Below, one piece after another: positions 22,243 to 34,199 of a stretch of DNA of 44,612 nucleotides; position 1 is the stretch's first letter; every line of letters begins with the position of its first letter. The notes below the pieces were generated by a model. It made no database searches. It was not told where the DNA came from and saw only the letters and a program-made list of their open reading frames with translations. A program made the position numbers and the translations under genes. The stretch covers positions 77,635,597-77,680,208 of the forward strand of contig NC_068990.1 of the NCBI RefSeq assembly GCF_001194135.2, in the 5' to 3' direction. The stretch comes from Octopus bimaculoides. Lineage: Eukaryota.

Positions 22243-23390
22243 GGCGGCGAGTTGACAGAAACGTTAGCACACCGGGCGAAATGCTTAGCAATATTTCGTC
22301 TGCCGTTACGTTCGGAGTTCAAATTCCTCTGAGGTCGACTTTGCCTTTCATCCTTTCGGGGTCGATAAATTAAGTACCAGTTACGCACTGGGGTCGATGT
22401 AATCGACTTAATCCCTTTGTCCGTCTTTTTTCTTTTTGTCCCCTCTATGTTTAGCCCCTTGTGGGCAATAAAGAAATAAGAAACGTTAGCACGCCGGGCG
22501 AAATGCTTAGCGGTATTTCGCCCGTCTTTAAATTTTAAGTTGAAATTCCGCCGACGTCGACTTTGCCATTCATCCTTTCGGGGTCGATAAATTAAGTACC
22601 ACTTGCGTACTGAGGTTGATCTAATCGAGTAGCTCCTTCCCCTAAAATTTCGGGCCTTGTGCTTAGAGTAGAAAAGAATATTATTTATCAAAGCTAGGCA
22701 GCGATCTGGCAGAACCGTTAGCGTGTCGGGCAAAATATTTAGTGTCATTTCGTCTCTCTTTACGTTCTCAGTTCAAATTCTGCCGAGGTCGACATTGCCT
22801 TTCATTCTTTCGGGGTCGGTAGAATAAGTACCAGTTGAACACTGGGATCCAGGTAATCGACTTATCCCCTCCCCGAAATTGCTGTCCTTGTCTCAAAATT
22901 TGAAATCAATATCATCATCAAAACTAGGTGGCGTGCTGGGAGAGTTGTTAGCCCTCTGGGTAAAATGTTTAGCGGCATTTTGTCTGTGTTTATGTTCCGT
23001 GTTCAAACTTCGCTGAGGTCGATTTTGCTTTCGTCCTTTCCGTTCGATAAAATGACATCGACCCCATTTGATCACTGGGTTCGATGCGATTGACTAACCT
23101 CCTCCCTCGAAATTGCAGGCCTTGTGCCAAAATTTGATATCATTATTATCAGAGTAACATTGCGTAACATTGCAAACTAGCAGAATCGTTAGGGTATCAG
23201 GAAAAATGCTTTGCGACATTTCTTCTGGTTCCTTATATTCTGATTTCAAAATCTTGCTGAGATCAACTTTTCGTTTAACTCTTTCGAGGTCGATGAAATT
23301 ATGTATCAGTCATGTATTGGGGTCGTAGGTATCGACTAATCCCTTCCCCTCAGAATTATTACCCGTGTGCTTAAATTGGAAGCTATTATT
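22243..23390 (+). mobile_element. Head-to-tail array of five family-A SINE copies
   Basis: Units start at ~22243, 22478, 22695, 22927 and 23176, each with G(A/T)GTTCAAA-like and GGGTCGA-like motifs; divergence increases towards the right. Confidence 0.9.
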
Positions 23391-23397
23391 ATCGGAG

Positions 23398-23577
23398 GTG
23401 TTCCGGACTAAACACTAGCGTTTCGGACCAAAATGGTTGTGCTTTGAAATAAATGATAGCACTCAAGATTGAACGGTAGTCTTTCGTACTGAATTATAAT
23501 TTCCGGAACAAAATAGTAGCTTTCCAAACCAAACAATAGTGCTATGGATTAAACGGTGGTATCCAAACTAAATGGTA
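23398..23577 (+). repeat. Degenerate 20-bp-period minisatellite (9 units)
   Basis: Units of 20,21,20,20,20,20,20,20,19 bp; approximate consensus GTGTTCCGGACTAAA(C/T)GGTA. Confidence 0.75.
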
Positions 23578-24277
23578 TTTAGTTAAGTCCTGTTACGTTC
23601 TGAGTTCAAATTTCCTTGTTTAACTTTACTTTTCAACCCTCGGTATGTCTAGTAACATAAATACAAGTCAAGTATATATGGAAATTGTGGTATTCGTGGT
23701 GAAGTTGGTCAGGCTGTGGTAGCTAACGATTTGGAGGTCATCGAATTAGTGGTACTGGGATCGTCAAAGACGAAGTTCACGAACTTGGTCTTCTGTTCTT
23801 CAATAGAATCGCTTTATTTCCGTTGCCTACACATTGGTGAATCTTTTGATGTCACCGAACGTTTTCCTCTCTCCGTTGGTTGTGAGTAGAAGTTCGTAAT
23901 ACAAAGTACATCAAAATTTATTTCCCCCTCTCTCACTTTCTCTCTGTATCTCTGTGTGTCTGTCTGTCTCTCCCCTCTTCCTTTCGCTCTATCTCTTTTG
24001 GCTTCGATTTCCCAGCAAGATATGGCCATCGTAGACAAAGTGAAAACAAACGCACTCTTGCATTTGTATGCTTCAGATTCAAAGAACGCGTTCTCTCATT
24101 AACCCTGCACCGAATAAAATGACTTTTATTTGTGTTATACTGAAACGGTGCAATCCTAGAAAACTAGTGATGAGATGCAACAGCAAATAATAAATGCCAT
24201 AACATTGCAAAGTTTGATAATTTTTTTTTTTTGCTATAAGTTAGACGAAGCGTCCATTTCCCATCGTGTATCTTTGT

Positions 24278-24495
24278 TGGAAGCCGGCAGAATCGTTAGA
24301 ACGCCGGGCAAAATGCTTAGCGGCATTTCGTGCGTCTTTACGTTCTGGGTTCAAATGCCGTCGAAGTGGACTTTGCCTTTCATCCATCGGGATCGTTAAA
24401 ATAAGTACGAGTTGCGCACTGGGGTCGATGTAATCGACTATCCCCTCCCCTAAAATTTCAGGCCTTCTGCCTATAGTAGGAATTATTATTATTAC

Positions 24496-24526
<31 letters not shown>

Positions 24527-24745
24527 AATAATAAGGTGGTGATCTGGCAATACTGTTAGCACGCCAGCCGAAATGCTTAGCGACATTTTATCCATCTTCA
24601 CGTTCTGAGTTCAAATTCCGCCGAAGTCGACTTTGCCTTTCATCCTGTCAGTGGTCGATAAAATAAGTACCAGTTGAGTACTGGGATCAAGGTAATCGAC
24701 TTATCCTTTGCCCCAAAATTCTATGCTTTGCGTCTATAATAGACA
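24278..24745 (+). mobile_element. Two tandem family-A SINEs separated by (TAT)n
   Basis: Copies at ~24278-24482 and 24533-24745. Confidence 0.9.
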
Positions 24746-24748
24746 GGA

Positions 24749-24804
<56 letters not shown>

Positions 24805-25349
24805 GAGTGAGAGAGCAGGGCATGCCATCAAAGTGACACTGGAGTAAAATATACGAAGCCCAGTATATCCATCATGACTACCTGTCTGATAAGGGTACAC
24901 CAGGCACATGCGTCACAACCATATGTGCGCGACAAAGTGGTCTCATATCAAGATAAACAGCGCATGACCTTGCGGGTGGGACCCAGTTAGAATTTTCTTC
25001 AGGTCGAGTAACCCATCCCGTTCAAAAGGTCCTTGAATAAAGGTTGTTTGAGGATGTCGAACGAAATACTCATGTTTCAAAAGGTGACTTATCCAAACCC
25101 CAAAGAGATCTTCTCAACACATGACTATGATGCTCCCCCACTACTTCTGCTCGTGATCAGAGATGCACATATTGTCAGCCACTAAGAGACATGCTCAACT
25201 AGTTAAGGTCAAGCAACTGACAAGCAAATCTGTCGTATTGAGCAGAATATTTACTGTAGCCCATCTTTCATACCAAGACGAAACAATATACATGATAGCA
25301 CCTCCAATCAGTTAAGATAAGAAGCCATGAGAACCGCTGTCTGGTACTG

Positions 25350-25351
<2 letters not shown>
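24805..25351 (-). mobile_element. Family E: ~550-bp non-coding retroposon-like element inside a (TAA)n tract
   Basis: Colinear inverted homolog at 41968-42530; (TAA)n on both flanks; inferred 3' end ...CTCTCTCACTC-AATAATAAT. Confidence 0.8.
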
Positions 25352-25415
<64 letters not shown>

Positions 25416-26072
25416 AAGTAGCAGCAGGAGAAAGAGGAGAGAAGAGGGGTTCGAAATCATTGTTGCAAATAAACAATGTATTATTACTATCTTACAATGG
25501 ATGTTGTTAATATATATTTACCCAAGCGTCAAACTACACACCTCACGTTATTTAATTTCGTATCTTCACATTCTAAGTTAACATACTCTACCAGGTTCGA
25601 CTTCGGTTTGTAAATTGATTTTGATTTTGTTTTGTTCTTTTCTTGTTGTTATTGTTGTTGTTGCTGTTTTACTTTTCCGCGGGTTGACAAAATATGTACC
25701 AGTAACATACCAGCATCCAATTAATCGAATGCTTCTCTCATTCACCTACAAACAATGAAAATGAAAACGAAAATAAAAATATAAACTAGTTTTTGTATAT
25801 CGTCAAAGAAATCAATATTATTCTCTTCTATAGAAATTCTTTATTGCCATTTACAATAAAGTGCTAGATAGAAATATGGTTTGAAAGAAGAACTGAAATG
25901 TTAAAACAGACAGGATAGAATAGATAATATAGATAAACATAATTGATAATGGAAAGTAAGAGAATATTGAGTTTTAAGTATATAAAATTAGCCTCGGAGG
26001 GTTAACAACAACGCATAGAGTAGACAGCACGATACATACATATTTAAACACACACACATACACACATATATA

Positions 26073-26112
<40 letters not shown>

Positions 26113-26119
<7 letters not shown>

Positions 26120-26232
26120 TCACACATCCATATATAGTTTTTTCACATAATATATATATATATATATTCACACATCCATATATAGTTTTTTCACATAATA
26201 TATATATATATATATTCACACATCCATATATA
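26113..26232. repeat. Perfect 48-bp tandem duplication (2.5 copies)
   Basis: Unit TATATATTCACACATCCATATATAGTTTTTTCACATAATATATATATA starts at 26113, 26161 and 26209. Confidence 0.9.
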
Positions 26233-26363
26233 TACACACACATGCACACACACAAACACAAAGGCATACACACACTATATGTACAACACGCACATAGACA
26301 CAACACGACATATGCATCATACATAGACAACACACGAAGAACATACCCATACACACAATATAT

Positions 26364-26407
<44 letters not shown>

Positions 26408-26913
26408 TCGAACAACACACAAATATCACACGTTATAACGAACACACAACACGCATTCATGACACTGCATACACATACATGCACGCACGCACGCATGTAC
26501 ACGTTCGCACGTATACACACACACACACACACACGTACACGCGTATACACCACATACTAGGATATACGCATCGCATAGACATCACTCAATTTGATATAAT
26601 TATTTTATTGTGCTGATATTTAGTAATGTAATTCTGACATTGCGAATTTATATGGTAGAATTGGAAAGTTAAATAGAGAGAAACTGAACAAAGATAATAA
26701 TATTAATATGACAGACAAGTAATAAAGTTAGGGAATAATTGAGGCTTTTCTATATTGAAAGTAGTATACTTTTCGTATATTTCAATGGTATTGAAATACA
26801 CGTGATATGTAGACTCAACCAAGTTTATAAGAGTGGCGTCAATAACTGCCGGAGAGTCAAGAGAGGAGACCCATGATAATTTGACGAACCCCTATTAAAA
26901 AAATTACAAGATA

Positions 26914-27318
26914 GGCGCAGGTGCGGCAGTGTTGTAAGGAGTCTGCTTCGAAGCTACACGGTTCCGGGTTCAGTCCCACTGCGTGGCACCTTGGGCAAGT
27001 GTCTTCTACTATAGCTTCGGGCCGACCAAAGCCATGTGAGTGGATTCGGCAAATGGAAACTAAAAGGCGGCGAGCTGGTAGAAACGTTAGCACGCCGGGC
27101 GAAATGCTTAGCGGTATTTCGTCTGCCGGTACGTTCTGAGTTCAAATTCCGCTGAGGTCGACTTTGCCTTTCATACTTTTGGGGTCGATTAAATAAGTAC
27201 CAGTTACGCACTGGGATCGATATAATCGACTTAATCCGTTTGTCTGTCCTTGTTTGCCCCCTCTGTGTGTAGCCCCGTGGGAGTAGTAAAGAAATAGGAA
27301 ACTAAAAGAAGCTCATCG

Positions 27319-27362
<44 letters not shown>

Positions 27363-27545
27363 GTTTGTTCCCCCCCCCCCCNNNNNNNNNNNNNNNNNNN
27401 NNNNNNNNNNNNNNNNNNNNNNNNNNNNNNNNNNNNNNNNNNNNNNNNNNNNNNNNNNNNNNNNNNNNNNNNNNNNGGTGTGTTTACGTCCCCGTCACTT
27501 AGCCGTTCAGCCAAAGTAACAAATAGAATAAGTACCAGACTTTAA
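26914..27545 (+). mobile_element. Family-B SINE interrupted by a family-A insertion and a gap
   Basis: GGCGCAGG..GGGTTCAGTCCCACTGCGTGGCACCTTGGGCAAGTGTCTTCTACTATAGC; resumes at 27309, tail after the gap. Confidence 0.9.
27066..27296 (+). mobile_element. Full-length family-A SINE with a 12-bp target-site duplication
   Basis: GGAAACTAAAAG at 27055-27066 and 27297-27308. Confidence 0.93.
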
Positions 27546-27564
27546 AAAAATAATTATTATAATA

Positions 27565-27607
<43 letters not shown>

Positions 27608-27829
27608 TTCTCTCTCTCTTTCACACACACACACATACACATATATCGTACTCGAATATACGCAATGCAGATGCACAATTTTACATAAATTATTTATAAG
27701 AAACATAACAAGAGGAGGACGGGCAGTATCGAAACACTTCCACATGTCGCAGAAATTGCTGGAAAGAAAGCTAGGATATTATTCTCAGACCAAACATTTA
27801 GTCTTAATAATTACTATAGAGCGAACCCC

Positions 27830-28080
27830 GCCAAAGTCACTTGTGGTTCCCGCCGGATTGTCGGACCACATCGCAGATTAAGTCTACAACACCAACAACA
27901 CCAACAACCTCATCGACGTTCTTCCACCCAGTTTTCTCTCTACCAAATCTCACTTAACAAAACTTGGGTCGCCCCTTGACTATGATGCATGACACTTACC
28001 TTAGGTGCCCCACAGAGGAATTGAAACCGAAACGCTAGTTACAAGACAAATCTCTTAACCACACAACCGTACCTGCTACA
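27830..28080 (-). mobile_element. Degenerate family-B SINE
   Basis: GACACTTACCTTAGGTGCCCCACAGAGGAATTGAAACC...CTCTTAACCACACAACC...CCTGC. Confidence 0.6.
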
Positions 28081-28529
28081 TGAAATAACATACAATACTT
28101 GCACTCAAAATTACTATACCACACACACACACCAACATACACACACAATACACGTATAATACACACACACTCCTACAGTGCAGACACACAACACATACAA
28201 ATACACAGAACAAATATACACGTAACAGCTTAGAAATGGAATATAATCAATAGAATTTTAAGTGACTAAGTGGTCGATGCTTCAGTGAATGAATCAATAC
28301 AGTGATAGAAGAGAATCAGTAATGTTGCAGTTGCCATGAAGATGAAAATATTTAGTATTTCGAGAGCAAAGCTCATCGTCAGACAGCGATGAAAAAGTCT
28401 AACAGCAAAACGTTAGGTATAACTAGGTAATCCTACTAAAATCTCATATGCTTGGGGCAGGTACAAAGCAGGTTGCATTTTATAAAAATCTTGGCAACAG
28501 ATTTCATTTGATGGGGGAAACAAATGAAC

Positions 28530-28940
28530 TTAAGAAGTTTGCTTCCCAACGACATGGTTCCAGGTTCACTCCCACTGCGTTGCACTTTGGGCAAGTGTCT
28601 TCTACTATAGCCTCGCTTCGACTAAAGCCTTGTGAGTGGATTTGGCAGACGGAAACTAAAAGCAACCCGTCGTATACAAATATGTGTATTTGTGGGGAGA
28701 GAGAGACTTTGTCTCTGTGATTGTCCCCCCACCACTGCTTGACAACCGGTGTTGGTGTGTTTACGTCCCCGTAATTTAGCGGTTCAGAGAAAAGATCCGA
28801 AAAGACAGAGAAAGCGCACCAGTCTTCACAAAGCAATAAGTAGTAAAGTCGATTCGTTCGGCTAAAATTCTTCAATGTGGTGCCCCAACACGGGCGTAGT
28901 CTAATGACTAAAAGAAGTAAAAGAGACAAAGATAAAAGAT
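28530..28940 (+). mobile_element. Family-B SINE (5'-clipped)
   Basis: GCTTCCCAAC..GGTTCAC.CCCACTGCG..TTGGGCAAGTGTCTTCTACTATAGCC...GTTTACGTCCCCGTAA.TTAGCGGTTC. Confidence 0.9.
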
Positions 28941-29324
28941 TGGGACAATGCGTCTTTAAGTTATTGTGATTTACAATTCATTTAAAATAGATCGAAACCT
29001 GCCATGAAATACAACTTTGTTCCATCATCGCCAGGAGGAAATGATTAAGTTTTTGTGGTCTTAAATTCTTCTGATTTTGTGACTTGGTATATGAGTTTAT
29101 TCACCCATTTACTGCGGAAATCAGATATTTCCGCTCACAAGTTCACAACGCTTAAGTGTGGAAGACAGCAGATCCTTTCTGTTTGGCTACCATTTCTTCA
29201 GTTTTTTTTTTTGTTTTTTTTTTAATGTCACAGAGGTTTAATGTTTGATCATTTTTACCCAATCTGAAAACTGGATTTGGAAGCTGTCATTTTGTGCGTG
29301 TCATCTGTAAACAAATGAAATATT

Positions 29325-30010
29325 CTTTTCATCTCTAGGCACAAGACGCGAAATTTTGGGGGAGGGGACCAGTCGATTAGATCGACCCCAGTACACAACT
29401 GGTACTTAATTTATCGGCCCCGAAAGGATGACAGGCAAAAGCGATATCGGCGGAATTTGGACTCAGAACATTAAGACAGACGAAATACCGCTAAGCATTT
29501 CGCCCGGCGTGCTGACGTTTCTGCCAGCTCGCCAGGGCAGCAATTTCGTGGTTAGGGATAAATCAATTACATCGACTCCAGTTTTCAACTGGTACTTATT
29601 TTATCGAATCCGAAAGAATAGAAGGCAAAGTCGATCTCGGTAGAATTTGAACTCAGAACGTAAAGACGGAAGAATTGCCGAGCAGCATTTTCCTGGCGTG
29701 CTATCGATTCTGCCAGCTCGCTGCTTTCACTATACTATTAGTATTATTATTGCTGAAATCAAGACTTGATCATTCCATTTTCTCGTGGTGACATTCCTAA
29801 CAGTTGTTTCTACAAAAAGCATAAGGTCTGAAATTTGGTGGAGAGAGGATAAGTCGATTACATTGAACCCAGTGCTTAACTGATATTTATTTTATCGACC
29901 TCGAAATGAAGAACGGTAAAGTCGACTTCGATGGTACAAGAACTGTGATCGTAAAGACGGGACGATATGCCGCTAAGCATTTTGTCCATCTATTCTCCCA
30001 GCTCGCTGTC
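29325..30010 (-). mobile_element. Three tandem family-A SINEs on the minus strand
   Basis: Copies at ~29325-29535, 29545-29725 and 29810-30010. Confidence 0.85.
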
Positions 30011-30370
30011 TTTGCTACATTCCGAATAATAATGTCTATTAAATTTTCTTTCCAGGATTCTTTTAACTGTTGTTAGTTTCTTTCGTATTGAAGCATCAAC
30101 AACAGCAACAATACAGATTTATTCTCTGAAAAATAAAAATAAAAAAATAAAAGCATCGTGAGAGGTGTCAACTGTTACAGTCAACTAGGTCAGAATGAAT
30201 GTGTGTTTTTGGAAAACATTCCCTGTTAGAACGAACTAATCGATAACGCATAGATGAGAGTAAACTATTCAATACTCTATTGTTTCTGTTTAATAGGACT
30301 TAATTATTCAAGATATTTGATTTGTTTAAAGGTCTGCGTATACATGTGTAAGCATGTGTGAGTATCTGTT

Positions 30371-30427
<57 letters not shown>

Positions 30428-30949
30428 CGTGTGCGTGCGTGCGTGCGTGCGTGCGTGCGCGCTCGTGTGGTTTTTGTGAATATGTATGTCGGAATAGATG
30501 AGAAACGAGAGATTTCATGCGAGAGGAGTAGAAAGTAGCTCTTATGTACGGATGTGTCTGCGCAGTCACTTGTGTGTGTATCTACAAAGTGGCATGTGTG
30601 TGTGTAATAATATATTTGTATGTGTCTGTGTATGTGTGTGTGTGTGTATCTGTGTGTGCGTGTGTTTAATGGTGATGAGGTCAATGACTCGTCTATTTAT
30701 ATAGGTGTTCGTATGTATATATGTATATAAATGTATGATGTCTTCTATTGCTAATTATTTGAAGTATTTCTGTAAGGAACGAGCTGGTTTCTAACAAAGA
30801 TACACGGCTCCATTTTTAGATAACAAAATCAAATTCACATTTAAGAGAAAAGTCTTGCATATTTTTAGCATTCCGTTTATAGAGTGCATTTGTAATATGC
30901 GAATTAGCTGGTTGGTTTCCTTTTCTGAATACCCTATCTTATTTACATT

Positions 30950-31185
30950 GCCATTTAGGCACCTATCATTAGTGATATAAATGTGAATCTATAATATGTG
31001 TATAGACGCTGGGAGATTTCGAAGCAATTCCCTCTGTTATCCGCCTTTTCTCTGATTTTCGGAGAGATATTTACATCAGTACGACAGCCAACCTCTTCGA
31101 CTGTTCACATTTTCTCTTGTGTGTTCCAAGCAATATCTGGTCTGTCGTGTTTATATTTTATAGGATTTTTTATGGGAATAAGCTT
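30950..31185 (-). mobile_element. Old RLE-type LINE endonuclease remnant
   Basis: Minus strand: HDRPDIAWNTQEKM*TVEEVGCRTDVNISPKIREK ... MIGA, resembling the RPDI / E..CP.D.NI..K..EK / IGALG motifs. Confidence 0.6.
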
Positions 31186-31909
31186 TCACTACTCCCTGTG
31201 TTGATGTTTGTGTATGTTTTCAATAAAATGGAAATGGGTGTCTCTATATTTATCCCAGGACAGTCATTTGTTTTTTCGGGTGGTATTCTGTATTGTTTTA
31301 GCGACATGTATGCATATATGCATGCATGTAAGTATGTATGCACCATACAAGTATGTATGTTTGTATGTATGTATGTCTTTGTATGTATCTTTCTTTGAGA
31401 GTTAATTCAAGTATTTTGCTTTGCAGAAATCAAGCCTATCGCTAAACAAAGTGGTAATGCTCTTTTGTTTAATCAAGACAGTTCACGGAGTTTGGGTTAC
31501 CCGTATTGTTTGATGTATGCGTAAACTTGCACTCGTGGATGTACGCCTCACGACAGAACACCGTTATGTATATTTAATTACTGTTCATACGTGTACGTTC
31601 ATATGTATTCAATCTGTATGTGTAACTGTTTGCAAATGTTCACCCAGGAATCTCAAGTGGAGAATCCCAAAAGTATTTTACAAATGTTTACTGTTCCTCT
31701 GGTCTTTTGTACTTGGAGAATGCGAATCAGTCTATTCTATCCGTTTTTGAAGAATACAAACATTTCTAGATTTCTTTGTCCATCTGGTGTTACGTAGAAC
31801 TCTGTACCTATGACAATACGATCAAATGAGAGTCTATAGCCTGAATATGAGTCTATTACTTGAGCATCTGTTTGTATGTATGTGTATATATTTACGCATA
31901 TATATATAT

Positions 31910-32515
31910 GAGTCTCCTTTAATTTTGTTCACATTGCTTTCAATTTTGGTGTATCGATGCAACTCTGAATTTTGATTACTATCAACCAATTACTTTATAT
32001 CATAAGCCAATAGAATCTGATGTTATTTGGAATTAAGGTTGGGAAAATTTGGGTAATTTTAGCCAATCAACAGATAGCAAAGCATTAACAGCTTGTTACC
32101 ATGACAACGACGCGTTGTGTTGTGTTCCACCCGCATGTTGTGTCGATTCTTCACACCATGAGATTTACTTCACCCGCGTGTTTTGTTTTAGTAAAAATTT
32201 ATATTTATCAATAAGAATTTTATTATAGATATTTTTTTGTCAATTGTCTTAATATTTTACATATTTTTGATATATAGCAAAAGTTGTTTGCGATATTCAT
32301 ACAGTTTATTGGCATTATGAAGGTGAATGGAATATGTAAACATAGTACAGATAATTTGACATTATTTTTGAATTCTGCATGCAAAAACATATAAGATATG
32401 GGTATTCTTTTCCTTGAAACAAATTCTTTGTTGGCCAGTGTTATTCTTATCGTAGTTTACAAATCCAAGCATAAAATTGTTACTCTACTTTGAAGTTTTG
32501 GAGACAGACGCCCCT

Positions 32516-32549
<34 letters not shown>

Positions 32550-32561
32550 ATATATTAATGA
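31910..32561 (-). mobile_element. Possible non-autonomous Helitron-like element
   Basis: Minus strand starts A|TCATTAATATATAAG-(TG)n, a layout typical of Helitron-derived insertion elements; no CTRR 3' end seen. Confidence 0.3.
32095..32108. promoter_or_regulatory. RFX X-box-like motif with three upstream CCAAT boxes
   Basis: GTTACCATGACAAC; CCAAT at 31986, 32007 and 32063. Confidence 0.4.
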
Positions 32562-33954
32562 TATACACAAATATATGACAGGTAGCCATAATACTGAAAT
32601 ACGCATAAAGTAAACAGATGCAGACAAATATATTAATATTACAAATTAAAAAAAGAATAAAAATAAAAACATACAATCAATGAAGAGGCAAGAGAAGCAG
32701 TAGGATGTTACATGTTGATTTTATTAGGTATTTTTGTTTATTTAGAAACCTACAAGGAAGAGGTTATTTCACAGACGCTAAACTATAAATTTCACAGGAT
32801 ACAACCGTAAAGTTGACACCGCTCCGTTAAACACAGAAAATTTGTCTCGCTATTGGCTAAAAAATACAGTTTTTTACGGTTTTTAAACCTCTGTAACATT
32901 TACTCTAATTTTTCTCTTCACAACATCATACCTTCATAGCAATTAGACTGGAAAACTTTATTATTATAGCCAATTTTCAGATTTTTTATTGTTTTTTAAA
33001 AAATGCACATTTTTGGTAATGATAAAAGCTAGATCCGAACCGAGAACTGCTACTATTACTCAGTATATTTATTGTTTTATACCACGGGGAAAATGCAGCC
33101 TGCGGGAAATTCTGAATGGCATGCCCAACGAAAAATTAGCCTGAATATTTTTAGTAGTGCGGCCCTCCTGATAATGAGCTAACTCTTATGGAGGCCTCTT
33201 CTCGAAAAAGGTTACCTATGCCTGTTTTATATTCATCGCTACAGGCTTGTTCTTTTTCTACTTCTTGATTTTGTTGTTTGGTCTACGGTGTGGTGGTGTT
33301 TTTATGCTGTTTTATATTGGGGCGTTATCCATATCAGTTATTTATTTAATTGGTTCATTTCTAGTTTATATTTTGTTATTCTGTTCAATTAGGGGCTTTT
33401 TGTTTTGTTTTCAGCTGCTTTTTCGACATTCTATTGGTTGCCTATATTTTGTTATTTTTAGTTGCTTATATTTTATTCTTACGCATTTGTTAATGATTTT
33501 ATGAACTTAATTGTTTAAAACCTACTTGTTATCTTGGGAGTTATTTTCCTGTTTGAATCGTGGGTGGTATTTTCTATTTGTCAAATTCCCTCTCTTTTTT
33601 TTTTGTTCTTTTATGAAACTGATTCTTGTTTTATTCAGCACGTTTCTGTGTTTTGTACTTTTTGTATCTTTTTTAATACTGGTTTCTACAGAAAGGATCT
33701 TTTACGAATCATTAGACGTATGCGTGTTTTGTTTTTATAGTTTAATGGAGGTTTTTCTTAACGATGTTTTCATTCATACATCCTGTGTTTGTTTTTTATG
33801 GTCTAGTGGTTTTGGTGGATAGCAGTATGACTTTTCTCTATGCATATAAAAGTGTATTCCTATGTTTAAGTGTGTTCGTGTGTGTCTGTGTATGTGTGTG
33901 CGTTTGTGTATGTGTCTGTGTGCGTGTGTGAGTGATTGAGAGAGAGAGAGAGTT

Positions 33955-33996
<42 letters not shown>

Positions 33997-34166
33997 ATTT
34001 TCCCGTTCGTGGACTGAATTAGCCACTTATGCTTCGATTTATGTAATTTTTTTTCTTTTTACAAATGCTCGAGTGATTTCTGAGGGAGAACTGACGTTCC
34101 TATGATTCTGTTGATGTCGACATCCCTGTATTTCCAATGCCCGTAACATATCTATCTATCTATTTC

Positions 34167-34199
<33 letters not shown>

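Noticed and set aside
22243-23577. CRISPR-like appearance of repeated units
   Set aside because: Eukaryotic context; the units are SINE copies or a spacer-less minisatellite, and there are no cas genes.
25300-25351. Resemblance of the family-E end to U2 snRNA words (ATCAGTT.A.ATC, CCTGGTA.TGCA)
   Set aside because: The matches are short and their spacing is incompatible with U2.
28345-28390. Second hammerhead-like string on the minus strand (CTGACGA..GAGC-TTT-GCTC..GAAA)
   Set aside because: Extra bases around stem II, and no stem I pairing is possible.
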